Shown one piece after another: positions 45,408-53,958 of a stretch of 64,000 nt of DNA; positions within the stretch are counted from its first letter, which is position 1, and every line of letters begins with the position of its first letter. The DNA is from Gemmatimonadaceae bacterium (lineage in GTDB: Bacteria; Gemmatimonadota; Gemmatimonadetes; Gemmatimonadales; Gemmatimonadaceae). Under the pieces are notes generated by a model that was not told the DNA's origin, searched no databases, and was given only the letters and a program-made list of their open reading frames with translations. The stretch covers positions 529,586 through 593,585 of the forward strand of contig JAHBVS010000001.1 in NCBI GenBank assembly GCA_019637445.1, given 5' to 3'. A program made the position numbers and the translations under genes.

Positions 45408-46852
45408 GCAGCACCTCCGCTGGGTGGTGGCAGCAGCTCCGGCTGCTTGTCCCGCTCCCGCTGTGCCTCGATCGCGAGCTTCCTCAGCCGCGGCGACACC
45501 ACGCGAAGGCGCGGGCCGTCCCAGTCCAGCGTGACCGTGCCGACCGCGCCGGACTTCTGCTTGGCCAGGTTGATCTCGATCGTGTCCGGTGCGCTCGGGT
45601 TGTACATGATGTCGCGGTAGAGCAGCCACGTGTGGTCGGCCGCCTGCCGGATGCCCGACGAGCCCTGGATGTCGCGCAGCTGCGGCCGCTTGTCCGGCCG
45701 GTCCTCGATCTGCTTGTCGTTCGGCTGCGCCAGGGCGATCACCACGACGTTGAGCTCGAGCGCCACCGCCTTGAGCCGGTAGGCGATGCGCCGCAGCTTC
45801 GCCTCGCCCAGCTCCCCGCGCTCCGCCTCGCGCGACTGCAGGAGCTGCAGGAAGTCGACGCCGATCGCGATGAGCCCGGGCTCCCGCGCCTTGAGCAGCC
45901 GGCAGCGGTTCACCACGTCCTCGATGTCCGGCATCACCGTGTCGTCGACGTAAATCGCCTGGTTGAGCAGCCGGCCTGCCGCGGCCGCCAGGCGGCCCAT
46001 CTCCTCGGCCGTGATCTTGCCGCTCTTGAGGTGCGCCCGCGCCACCTCGCCCTCGGCCGCCAGCGCACTCTCGAGGAGCATCCCCTCGGTCATCTCCGCC
46101 GACACGAAGCCGACGGCGCCGAGGCCCGACAGCGTGAGGTCGCGCAGCAGGTTCCACACGAGCGTGGTCTTCCCGCAGCTGGGCACGCCGGACACGACGA
46201 CCAGCTCGCCGCGCTCAAGGCCGCCATTGAGCTTGTCGTCGAGCTCTGGCAGGCCCGTGGCCACCAACGCGACGGCCGTGCCGTTGTGCCGCTGCTCGAC
46301 ACGCTCCATGGCCGCCCAGAGGCCCTCCTTGATGCGCCGGAACCCCTGCTCACCCTCGCCGGCCGCCAACGGCGACAGCGAGCGGCTCGCCCAGGCGAAC
46401 AGGTCGTCGATCGCGACCGTCTCGTCCTGCGCCATGCGCTGCATCTGCACGGCCATGGCCCGCAGCTCGCGCCGGCGGTAGTACTCGCGCACGATCCGGG
46501 CGTGCGCCATCGCGTGCTCGTGCGTGGGCAGCTCGTCGTAGAGCGGGCCGATGTACTCCTTGCCGCCGGCCGCGGCGAGCGTGCCGTTGGCCGTCAGCTG
46601 GTTCGCGAGCGTGAGTGGATCCACCACGACGCCGGCGTGGCGCAGCTGCTCCATCGCCTCGAACAGGAGCCGATGGCTGCCGCGGCCGAACATCTGCGGC
46701 TGCAGTACCGTGGCGATCGCCGTACCCGTGCGGTGCTTGTCCTCGGCGCCGGCCATGAGCACGGCTGCCAGCACCGCGCGCTCGGCGTCGTCGCTGACGA
46801 GGAAGGGCTTCTCCTTGGGTGCGATCTCGAACGTGATGGGTTGCGTGGTCAT
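45404..46852 (-). CDS. dnaB: DnaB-like replicative helicase
   Basis: AERAVL, Walker A GVPSCGKT, SAEM, VDFLQL, GSSGIRQAAD, NLAKQKSG. Confidence 0.93.
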   Translation of the reverse strand: MTTQPITFEIAPKEKPFLVSDDAERAVLAAVLMAGAEDKHRTGTAIATVLQPQMFGRGSHRLLFEAMEQLRHAGVVVDPLTLANQLTANGTLAAAGGKEYIGPLYDELPTHEHAMAHARIVREYYRRRELRAMAVQMQRMAQDETVAIDDLFAWASRSLSPLAAGEGEQGFRRIKEGLWAAMERVEQRHNGTAVALVATGLPELDDKLNGGLERGELVVVSGVPSCGKTTLVWNLLRDLTLSGLGAVGFVSAEMTEGMLLESALAAEGEVARAHLKSGKITAEEMGRLAAAAGRLLNQAIYVDDTVMPDIEDVVNRCRLLKAREPGLIAIGVDFLQLLQSREAERGELGEAKLRRIAYRLKAVALELNVVVIALAQPNDKQIEDRPDKRPQLRDIQGSSGIRQAADHTWLLYRDIMYNPSAPDTIEINLAKQKSGAVGTVTLDWDGPRLRVVSPRLRKLAIEAQRERDKQPELLPPPSGGAA

Positions 46853-47181
46853 GCGTCGAGGGCCTCGTGCAACGCCTGGTGGCAGGGCCGGCAGAGCCAG
46901 CGGACCTGCAGCGGCTGGTTGTAGTCGTCGTGGTGCATCTCGGGGGTGCGCTCACAGCCTGGCGTCTCGCACGGCTGCTCCAGGAGTTGGCCGCGGGCGA
47001 GCGCGACCCCCGCATGCCGCCGCGCCCGAACCCGGCGACGCGCCTCGTCGGAGAGCTCAGCGTCCTTCGGCCGGTTCGCGCGCATGTACGCGGCGTGGCA
47101 CGCGCGGCAGTAGCGCTGGCCCTCGCGATCGCGCGGCCCCTGGCAGCGGGAACAGGTCCCGTCGTTCCGGCGCTGCCTCAT
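46849..47181 (-). CDS. Cys-rich HNH-like protein
   Basis: HHDDYNQPLQVRWLCRPCH. Confidence 0.7.
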   Translation of the reverse strand: MRQRRNDGTCSRCQGPRDREGQRYCRACHAAYMRANRPKDAELSDEARRRVRARRHAGVALARGQLLEQPCETPGCERTPEMHHDDYNQPLQVRWLCRPCHQALHEALDA

Positions 47182-47236
47182 GTTTCACGGTCAACATTAG
47201 GTTCCACGGCAACGCAAAACTCCGGGCGCGATCGCA

Positions 47237-48382
47237 TCACGCCGCCCCCTGCGTGACGAACCCCGATACGCGCTGCGCATGCTGCCGCGCCGCCTCCGCC
47301 AGCCGGGCGTCGCGCTCCTTCCCGAACGTGATCTCCGCCAGCTCCCACGGCTTCGCGAGCAGCACGAACGCCAGCAACGCATCCGCGCTGCGCACGCCAC
47401 CCGCGGCCTCGACCGCGCGGCAGCGCTCCTCCAGGACCTCGCGGGTCTGCATCGGCGCCGTCAACCCGCCCTGCACGAGCAGCGCCCAGAGCGCGGGGCG
47501 CGCGAAGCTCTCGTCGCCGATCGGCACCGCGTCGAGCGAGCGCCCTGGCGTGAAGCCGTCCGCCGCCGCCCTCGCCTGCTCCCGCTCCCAGCGCTCGACC
47601 ACACCGGGCGTGAAGTAGTGCAGCGAGCGTGGCGCCTTGGGGCATTGCTTCGCGGCCTCGTACACGGCCTGCGCCGCCCACGCGAGCGGGATCCCGTGCT
47701 GCTGCACCGCCTCGACGAGGTTCGCCGCGGTGCCGGAGGTCAGCGGGTTGCGATCGCGACCGAGTGCCTCGTCGAGCCCGCGATTCGCGGCCGCGGCGAG
47801 CTCCAACGCCGGCGGACGTGCAACGGCCGGTGGTGGCGGTGGCGGATCGGCCTGCGGTTCCGGATCGGCAGTGGCGTCCGCGTTTTCGGACGCGTCGCTC
47901 GCGCGCGCGGAACTGCCACTACGCTCAGAAGCAGAAGCAGTAGCAGAAGCAATTGCCGTGACGCCGCGTGACGCGGCGTGACGGTCCGTGACTTGCTCGC
48001 TGCTGTCGTCGGCTGATTCCCCCAAGCCCTTGTCACGCTTACGCTTCCGGCTCTGACGCTCCGCAGCCAAGACCTGCTCGTGCGTCCGCATCTCGCGGTA
48101 CTTCGGGTAGTTGAGCACCAACCACCCACCCTCAACCTTTTCCACGCGGCGCCCGCCGTAGTCCTGATCCTGACTCTCCGGGTCGGGTTCCATGAACGTC
48201 CGGAGCGCCTCGCGGCACTCGTCGCGCGAGACGTTCGCCTCGGCCGCAAGCCAGGCCTCCACGCCCTTCACGAACCCGTCGCGGTTCGCCAGGGCAAGAA
48301 GGGCGATCCAGACCACACGGGTGGCCGGTGGCTCGCGCCAGATGCTCGAGCGGGTGATCGTCGATGACAGCTTCGCGTACAT
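47237..48382 (-). CDS. Phage replication initiator / replisome organizer
   Basis: MYAKL...SSIW...WIALLALANRDG...GWLVLNY N-domain; central repeats; upstream of helicase. Confidence 0.82.
   Translation of the reverse strand: MYAKLSSTITRSSIWREPPATRVVWIALLALANRDGFVKGVEAWLAAEANVSRDECREALRTFMEPDPESQDQDYGGRRVEKVEGGWLVLNYPKYREMRTHEQVLAAERQSRKRKRDKGLGESADDSSEQVTDRHAASRGVTAIASATASASERSGSSARASDASENADATADPEPQADPPPPPPAVARPPALELAAAANRGLDEALGRDRNPLTSGTAANLVEAVQQHGIPLAWAAQAVYEAAKQCPKAPRSLHYFTPGVVERWEREQARAAADGFTPGRSLDAVPIGDESFARPALWALLVQGGLTAPMQTREVLEERCRAVEAAGGVRSADALLAFVLLAKPWELAEITFGKERDARLAEAARQHAQRVSGFVTQGAA
47926..47992. repeat. Putative replication origin iterons within initiator gene
   Basis: CAG(A/T)AG x4 (47926-47949) and CGTGAC x4 at exact 10-bp period (47957, 47967, 47977, 47987). 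Confidence 0.7.
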
Positions 48383-48693
48383 CAGGGAGTCTCAGTCGAT
48401 GGTGAAGACGGCCGGCCCAAGCGTGCGGAAGGGGCCAGCCAGTAGCGGTAGGAGGGACGGCCAGGCACACCACGCACCGGCGGCACGCTCTCGCGCTCGA
48501 GCACGCCGCGGCGCCAGCATGCCCGCAGGACCTCGCCCACGTAGCGCGGCGTCCACGCGTGATCGGTCTGCGCTGCCAGCTCGTGCGGCGTCCGCGCACC
48601 CTCGCGCGTGCTGCCCAGCAGCTGCAGGAGCGTGAGCTCCACGCGCCGGCGCAACGCGCGCTTCGTGATGGCGGGTCCGAGGACGGCGGTCAT
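48382..48693 (-). CDS. Winged-helix protein (paralogue A)
   Basis: VGEVLRACWRRGVLERE...GRPSYRYW. Confidence 0.7.
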   Translation of the reverse strand: MTAVLGPAITKRALRRRVELTLLQLLGSTREGARTPHELAAQTDHAWTPRYVGEVLRACWRRGVLERESVPPVRGVPGRPSYRYWLAPSARLGRPSSPSTETP

Positions 48694-49487
48694 GCCGCCG
48701 CCTGCGCTGGCACGTCGACCCGCGCGAACTCGATGACCCACACCCAGGGATTGCTCCCTCGGCGCGCACGCTGGTTCAGGTCGTAGAACGTCCGCAGGAA
48801 CTGGGCTTCCGGCGTCTCCAGCCAGGCGCCCTCCAGGGTGTGCGACGGCTCGCCCGCGAAGCCCTCGGCCAGCGCGTCGGAGCGGCTGATCGCCTCCACG
48901 CGTTCGACTCGGACGCCGGTCAACTCGAGCGTGAGCCGCGAGGCCCAGCGGGGCATATGAATCGACGGCGCCCAGCGCACGTCGGCCCAATCTTCCGCAC
49001 TCGGCTGCTCGGCAAAGGGGATGCCGGCCAGCCCGTTCACAGCTGGATGGCACTCGACGAGATCGGCGGCATACAGCACTGACTTGCACGCCGCTGGCGA
49101 GCGAAACGCGGCCGGCATCTCGTGTCGAGGGCGGAACACGTCGCCGCCTTCATCCGGCCACACGAACTCCGCCGTCCACTTCTCGCGCACCCACAGGCGA
49201 TCGCCAGGCTCGCCGTAGGGGCACGCGACGGTCCCGAAGCCAAGGTCGCCGCGCAGGTTGCCAAACAGCCGCTCGCCTTCCCATCGCGGCCCGACCAGAT
49301 AGGGCCGCGCATCGTCGGAGACGCCCTGCGCGCGAAGCGACGCGTCGCGGGCCTCCCAGGTCATCGCCAGCAGGCCATCGCGCTGGATGTGGGCCGGCAG
49401 CTTCACCGCGCGCCGCGTCTGCGTCTTGCGGCCCTCGAGGATGGCGCGGACCATCGGACCCGAGAACAGGATAGGGCGCTCACGCAT
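48690..49487 (-). CDS. ASCH-like phage protein
   Basis: ERPILFSGPMVRAILEGRKTQTRR...GDRLWVRE...PSIHMPRWASRLTLE...NPWVWVIEF. Confidence 0.85.
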   Translation of the reverse strand: MRERPILFSGPMVRAILEGRKTQTRRAVKLPAHIQRDGLLAMTWEARDASLRAQGVSDDARPYLVGPRWEGERLFGNLRGDLGFGTVACPYGEPGDRLWVREKWTAEFVWPDEGGDVFRPRHEMPAAFRSPAACKSVLYAADLVECHPAVNGLAGIPFAEQPSAEDWADVRWAPSIHMPRWASRLTLELTGVRVERVEAISRSDALAEGFAGEPSHTLEGAWLETPEAQFLRTFYDLNQRARRGSNPWVWVIEFARVDVPAQAAA

Positions 49488-49719
49488 TGGAGGCCTCCCG
49501 CTTCGTCAGTTGCTCCGCGCGAATCGTACTGGCCATTGCGCGCGCCCAGCGCCACGGGCGCGCGAACGCCTCGCGCAGCTCGTGCCACACCCAGTACCAC
49601 TGGTGGCGCTCATCCCAAAGACCGGCGACGAACAACACCACGTCGAGGATGCGCGCCTTGAGCATCCACAGTGCGAGGTACGCCGTGAACATGCGCCAGG
49701 GAGTCAGACGCGCGCTCAC
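49480..49719 (-). CDS. Small hydrophobic hypothetical protein
   Basis: Overlaps neighbours in the coupled early operon. Confidence 0.5.
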   Translation of the reverse strand: MSARLTPWRMFTAYLALWMLKARILDVVLFVAGLWDERHQWYWVWHELREAFARPWRWARAMASTIRAEQLTKREASNA

Positions 49720-50315
49720 TCTCGGCTGCCCTCCCCCTGCGTCGACAGAGCGGCAAGGGCTTCCGGAAGAGTTGCGTGCTCGCCTTCGACGCAGATCTCG
49801 AAGGACGTGTAGGTGCGCCCGATGTGCTTCAACCTTCTGTCTGCGCTGCGTGCGGCGACCTGCAGCAAGTCGGCTTCCGTCGTCACCTGCAGCGCGTCCG
49901 CTGCGGGCGCAGTCGCTTGTGAGAGACTGAGCCCGGCGTCATGCGCCTTCTCCGCGAGCGTGAAGATCGCGCGCGCCAACGACTCGCTCGCGCGGTCGAT
50001 TGCCTCGGTCGAGTCGGCGCGCCGCAGCCAAAGCGCGGCGTTGCCGACGGCGTCGATCTCCGCGCCGACCGCATCCTTCATCCACTGCTGAATGAGCGCA
50101 TCGACCTGCCACGACCGCGACTCGTGCGCCTCGCGCGGCAAGCAGCTGCCGCAGTACTGCTCGCACGGGTGCCGGCGCGCACACTTCGCTCGCCAGTCCG
50201 CCGGCGGGCACGTGCAGCCGCTCCACTGCTCGCTGGGATTGCGCGGGTTGAACGTCTTGAGCTGCGACTTGCCGCAGCTCGCGCACTTCGGAGGCAGGGC
50301 CGGCGCGCTAGCCAC
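49716..50315 (-). CDS. Cys-rich hypothetical protein
   Basis: CASC...CTC...C...CEQYCGSC. Confidence 0.55.
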   Translation of the reverse strand: MASAPALPPKCASCGKSQLKTFNPRNPSEQWSGCTCPPADWRAKCARRHPCEQYCGSCLPREAHESRSWQVDALIQQWMKDAVGAEIDAVGNAALWLRRADSTEAIDRASESLARAIFTLAEKAHDAGLSLSQATAPAADALQVTTEADLLQVAARSADRRLKHIGRTYTSFEICVEGEHATLPEALAALSTQGEGSRE

Positions 50316-50823
50316 GTGCGGCCTCCTTCGCGTTCGACACGAGGGCGTCTGCGATCTCATCGAATCCGGCGTCGTCGGACAGACACAGCGACTGCCTCAG
50401 CGCCACCAGGGCCTCGAACGCGGCGATCTCGTCCTCGACGTTGTCTAGCACCCGCACGATCGCCGCCCGCAGCTCTGCACGGGCCTCGGCGAGGGAAGCT
50501 GCGGCCGCGCTCCGCTGGGCCTTGCACTCCGCGATGAACGCGACGAGATCGTCGACGGTCTGCATGCGTCCGGGCAGCCACGTGCTCTCGCCGAACATCG
50601 CGTCGGCGATGCGGCGAACATCGCTCGCAGGCACCGGACCCTCGCGGAAGAGGCGCTCGTAGGCACACCAGGCGTTGTTGAGCATCAACCCCGTGCCGAT
50701 CGGCGGGTCGTGTCGCAGCGAGAGCTTGACGGCCTCGACGATGTCGATGCGCGCGAGATTCACCTGACGCATCCACTCGCCATACGCCTGGTGCTCGTTG
50801 CCTGGAAGAGGCAGGACGTCCAT
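50308..50823 (-). CDS. Hypothetical coiled-coil protein
   Basis: Coupled ORF in early operon. Confidence 0.6.
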   Translation of the reverse strand: MDVLPLPGNEHQAYGEWMRQVNLARIDIVEAVKLSLRHDPPIGTGLMLNNAWCAYERLFREGPVPASDVRRIADAMFGESTWLPGRMQTVDDLVAFIAECKAQRSAAAASLAEARAELRAAIVRVLDNVEDEIAAFEALVALRQSLCLSDDAGFDEIADALVSNAKEAARG

Positions 50824-51068
50824 CAGTTGGCTCCTCCAGGCAAGCGCGCCGGCTGCGGCGTGCCGAGCGGCGCGTGCGCGAGCTCCGCCACGAGATCTGC
50901 GTATGCGCGTCCTGGCTCCGGCCGCGTGCGCAGGAGGTCGACGGTGGCGCCCAACGGCGTGGACGCCCAGGTCCCGAATGGCACGCCGACCGCCCGCTCG
51001 ACCGTGCGAAGGAATCGGTGCGCCTCACGCTCGGCGACGTCGGCGGAAGCGCGTGCTTCCTCGATCAT
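50823..51068 (-). CDS. Hypothetical protein
   Basis: Start/stop overlaps on both sides. Confidence 0.55.
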   Translation of the reverse strand: MIEEARASADVAEREAHRFLRTVERAVGVPFGTWASTPLGATVDLLRTRPEPGRAYADLVAELAHAPLGTPQPARLPGGAN

Positions 51069-51589
51069 CGCGCCCGCACCTGCGGATCGAAGTCGAGCGC
51101 CTGCTGCAGCAGCGCCCCGAACCGATCGAGCACCTGCAGCTCGCGGTGGTTCTCGCCAGCAAGCGCGTCGGCAAGCTGCGCCCTGACCTCGGAGACTTTC
51201 CTCGAGGCGAGAGCCACGGAGTGGCGCGCCGAGATGAGCTCGCAGGCGACCTCAGGATCGTCGAGCTTCGAGCGCAGTTCCGGTGCGCTCTTGAGCGCGA
51301 CGTGGTGCGTAAGGCCATCAGGAGGACCCGCCGAAACCGCATCCGTAGGCAGGAGACCCTCAACGGGGAGAGCTGCCTCTTCCGACACGACAACGATGGC
51401 GCCGGGCCCCTCGGCCTCGGCCATCACCCGCGCGAACGCAACCTGGGCGGCCTTGAGATCGCGCCGCGCCGCATCGAACCGGCTCTCGATCGACGCCGGC
51501 ACTGCCTTCGTCGCCGTCGCCGCCTTCTTCGCCGCCTTCTTCGCCGCGGGCCGCCTTGCGCGCGACTTCCCCTTCGTCCTGCCTGCCAT
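51065..51589 (-). CDS. Hypothetical protein with K/A-rich N-terminal tail
   Basis: GGAGG RBS; MAGRTKGKSRARRPAAKKAAKKAATATK. Confidence 0.65.
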   Translation of the reverse strand: MAGRTKGKSRARRPAAKKAAKKAATATKAVPASIESRFDAARRDLKAAQVAFARVMAEAEGPGAIVVVSEEAALPVEGLLPTDAVSAGPPDGLTHHVALKSAPELRSKLDDPEVACELISARHSVALASRKVSEVRAQLADALAGENHRELQVLDRFGALLQQALDFDPQVRAR

Positions 51590-51643
51590 TGCTGCCTCCA
51601 ACTCCGTGGTGGTGTGATTCGTCCAGTTGTCCCAGGCACCGCG

Positions 51644-52000
51644 TCAACGCAGCGCCGCCTTCGCCCGCGCCGCCCGCTTAAGCAGCTTTCGGCAGAGCGG
51701 GCACACGCGTGCCCCCCCCCCTCGCTTGCTCGCGCCTGGCGCCTCGCAGATCTCGCACGCTGAGGCCTTCGCCTCCGCCTCGAGCAGCGGCTTGAAGTGC
51801 GCCGCGCGCTTCGCACACGACAGGCAGCGCCCATCGGTCCCGAGCTTGCCGCGGCAGACCCGGCACGATGCCTGGTCCTCAGCCGCCCGTCGCGCGGCAT
51901 CCGCCGGTGCGCCCAGGCCGTCGACGTCATCCTCGTGCGCGCGTGGTGTCCGCGTGCCCTTCCCTTTCGCCTTCCCGCTCCCCTTCACGCCCCGTGGCAT
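51644..52000 (-). CDS. Basic Cys-rich zinc-finger protein
   Basis: Four CxxC pairs; basic N-terminus. Confidence 0.65.
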   Translation of the reverse strand: MPRGVKGSGKAKGKGTRTPRAHEDDVDGLGAPADAARRAAEDQASCRVCRGKLGTDGRCLSCAKRAAHFKPLLEAEAKASACEICEAPGASKRGGGARVCPLCRKLLKRAARAKAALR

Positions 52001-52003
52001 CCG

Positions 52004-52399
52004 TCAACCCTCCGTCGATGGTGAGGCGCCCGCGGGATGCGGCCGCCAGTACAGGTGCTTCGGGCGACCGCCGGCGCCGCCCTGCTCCCGCGGGATCTCC
52101 CCGCGCTCGAGCTCGCCGGCGCGCCAGAGGTCGCACAGCGTCTTCCGCACGTGGAAGAGCGACCACATCCCGCCAAGCGCGACGACGACACCCTTGACCG
52201 TGCGCGCGCCCGCGCGGCCGTAGCCGCAGACGCCGAGGATCGCGGCGTCGAGGTCGCGGCGTGGGCGCCGGCGCGTGGCCGACTCGCGCGCGTGCTCCTT
52301 CCGGATCGTCGCACGGTTCGCCGCCGCGACCATGTGCTCGATCGCCGACGCCACCTTCTGGCCTTGTGGCCCGTTCAGCACGCGCGAGCGGGAACTCAT
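52004..52399 (-). CDS. Winged-helix protein (paralogue B)
   Basis: VRKTLCDLWRAGELERGE...GGRPKHLYW. Confidence 0.65.
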   Translation of the reverse strand: MSSRSRVLNGPQGQKVASAIEHMVAAANRATIRKEHARESATRRRPRRDLDAAILGVCGYGRAGARTVKGVVVALGGMWSLFHVRKTLCDLWRAGELERGEIPREQGGAGGRPKHLYWRPHPAGASPSTEG

Positions 52400-52749
52400 G
52401 CCGCACCCCGGGCGCGCTGGTCGCATGCGTGCCGGTCCGCACAGCGCAGTCGCGGCCGGCCCGTGATCTGCACCGGCAACGGCGCAGCACACCGATCGCA
52501 GCGCCGCGCGACGACAGGATCAGCCGCCGGCACGACGGCGAGCGCTCGGTCCCAGCCGAGATCGTGCGGACCCTTCGCGGTCTGCCGGTGGAGATGGCCC
52601 ACCGTGCCCGCCGCCTCCGGCTCGCGGTTCACGCCCTGGCACTGCGGGCACCGCTCGCGCGGCCGCCCGATCGCGTCGTGCGTGATGGAGAGCCATGTGC
52701 CGCAACGCGGGCACGGCTTGGTGCTCGGGAGAATGACGCGCGGCTTCAT
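52396..52749 (-). CDS. Double zinc-finger protein
   Basis: Two CxxC...GRPR..C repeats. Confidence 0.65.
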   Translation of the reverse strand: MKPRVILPSTKPCPRCGTWLSITHDAIGRPRERCPQCQGVNREPEAAGTVGHLHRQTAKGPHDLGWDRALAVVPAADPVVARRCDRCAAPLPVQITGRPRLRCADRHACDQRARGAA

Positions 52750-53027
52750 GTCGCGGACCCTCGCGCGTGCGCCGCCGCCTGGCGGTCGCCCTCGAGGCGC
52801 GTCTCCACCGCGCGCTGCACATCGGCCGCGATGCGCCGCTCGCGCTTGGTCGCTGGCGTCTGGTGCGCCTCGAGCCACGCGGCCGCCGCGCTGAGCAGCT
52901 CCTGCACGAGCAGGCCCGCCAATGCGCCGGCGCCGAGCAGGAGGTAGTCGCCCTGCGTCCGCTGCAGCACGAACGTGGCCAGCACCAGCGCGATGGCCAG
53001 CCGGATCCCCACGCCGCGGGCCGTCAC
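52746..53027 (-). CDS. Small membrane protein
   Basis: Two hydrophobic segments; coupled. Confidence 0.6.
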   Translation of the reverse strand: MTARGVGIRLAIALVLATFVLQRTQGDYLLLGAGALAGLLVQELLSAAAAWLEAHQTPATKRERRIAADVQRAVETRLEGDRQAAAHARGSAT

Positions 53028-53272
53028 GAGTCCGCTCCGTGGATGATCTTGCGCTCCATCCGCTCGACGGCCCAGAAGTAGAACGGGAGCATCCAGCCGA
53101 GCACCGCGGCGAGCACGAGTACCGCGACGCGGACCAGCAGCGTGACGGACCGCCGCTCGTGCTGCAGCTCATCGACCAGCTGCAGCGCGTACCACAGGCT
53201 GCCGGCGAGCCCCACGATCACCCACCACGCCCACCACGGCACGAGCCCGAGTTCCCAGAGGAGGTCGTCCAT
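53024..53272 (-). CDS. Small membrane protein
   Basis: Two hydrophobic segments; coupled. Confidence 0.6.
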   Translation of the reverse strand: MDDLLWELGLVPWWAWWVIVGLAGSLWYALQLVDELQHERRSVTLLVRVAVLVLAAVLGWMLPFYFWAVERMERKIIHGADS

Positions 53273-53661
53273 CAGTCCGTCCCTCCCGCCACCGCCGCGA
53301 GCGCGGCCAGGCTACGGCGATGGCCTTCGACCGTGCGCTGCGCGGCGCGGGCGCGCTTCGCCGCCTTCGAGCGCTGGCGCAGCCGGTTCCGCGCGATCGC
53401 CGTGAACTCGTGCGGCGCGGTCGGCGTGCGCACGTCGCGGTAACGACGAAGCGCCTTGAGTGCGGCGCGCTCCCAGCGCGTGAGCTGGTGCCCCGACTCC
53501 GTGCGCATCGCCTCTGTGCTCACGAGCTGCGCGTAGGCAGCCCGCGCCTCTTCGCGCGACTCGATCTGGTCCGGGATCTGGAGGCCGCGCCCGTCGACGG
53601 CTGGCTTGAGCGGCCCCTCAGCGCATGGCAGCGGGATGCTGCGAACCGAGACGCCGTTCAT
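53272..53661 (-). CDS. First gene of the right (replication/late) arm, hypothetical
   Basis: GGAGGT RBS; ATG 53661 overlaps TGA 53658-53660 of the att-spanning frame. Confidence 0.65.
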   Translation of the reverse strand: MNGVSVRSIPLPCAEGPLKPAVDGRGLQIPDQIESREEARAAYAQLVSTEAMRTESGHQLTRWERAALKALRRYRDVRTPTAPHEFTAIARNRLRQRSKAAKRARAAQRTVEGHRRSLAALAAVAGGTD

Positions 53662-53686
53662 GGGCGACCTCCACCGAGACCGAAAC

Positions 53687-53705
53687 CCGTAGCGAGTTCC
53701 GTAGC
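53687..53705 (+). promoter_or_regulatory. Putative integrase arm-type sites (attR side)
   Basis: CCGTAGC twice at 12-bp period (53687, 53699). Confidence 0.55.
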
Positions 53706-53793
53706 GGCGAGTGTCCCGATTCGGGTGCGGTTCGGGACAAGCTGAGACGCCCTGAGACTCTGATGAGTGGCGCGCCGAGGGGCGCCCACTCGC

Positions 53794-53837
53794 CTGTTAA
53801 TCACCGGGTCACAGGTTCGAGTCCTGTCGCCGGAGCT
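53794..53837 (+). repeat. attR: displaced original 3' half of host tRNA-Asn
   Basis: Core identical to 3725-3741; T-arm ACAGG-TTCGAGT-CCTGT; followed by host terminator. Confidence 0.93.
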
Positions 53838-53848
53838 TGATGCAACGC

Positions 53849-53889
53849 AGCGCCCGTACCGCCTTGGCGGTGCGGGCGCTTGCTCGTTT
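53849..53889 (+). terminator. Original host terminator of tRNA-Asn
   Basis: 14-bp stem (one G-U), CTTG loop, followed by TGCTCGTTT. Confidence 0.65.
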
Positions 53890-53958
53890 GGAATGCGGCG
53901 CGCGGCGACCACCCAGCCTGGGATATCGCAGGGCAGACCTCAAGGCTATGCTCCCCCC

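Larger units (their letters stand above)
3725..53837. mobile_element. Lambda-like temperate siphovirus prophage, excised circle 50,069 bp
   Basis: Flanked by 44-bp imperfect direct repeat of the tRNA 3' half; integrase, repressor, replication, cos, terminase, head, tail and lysis genes present; no sheath gene seen. Confidence 0.96.

Noticed and set aside
53794-53837. Second tRNA gene at attR
   Set aside because: Only the 3' half is present; the upstream bases cannot pair to form the anticodon or acceptor stem
53767-53958. N-terminal extension of DUF1697 across attR
   Set aside because: Family motif begins at GTG 53959; the upstream part is tRNA remnant and terminator
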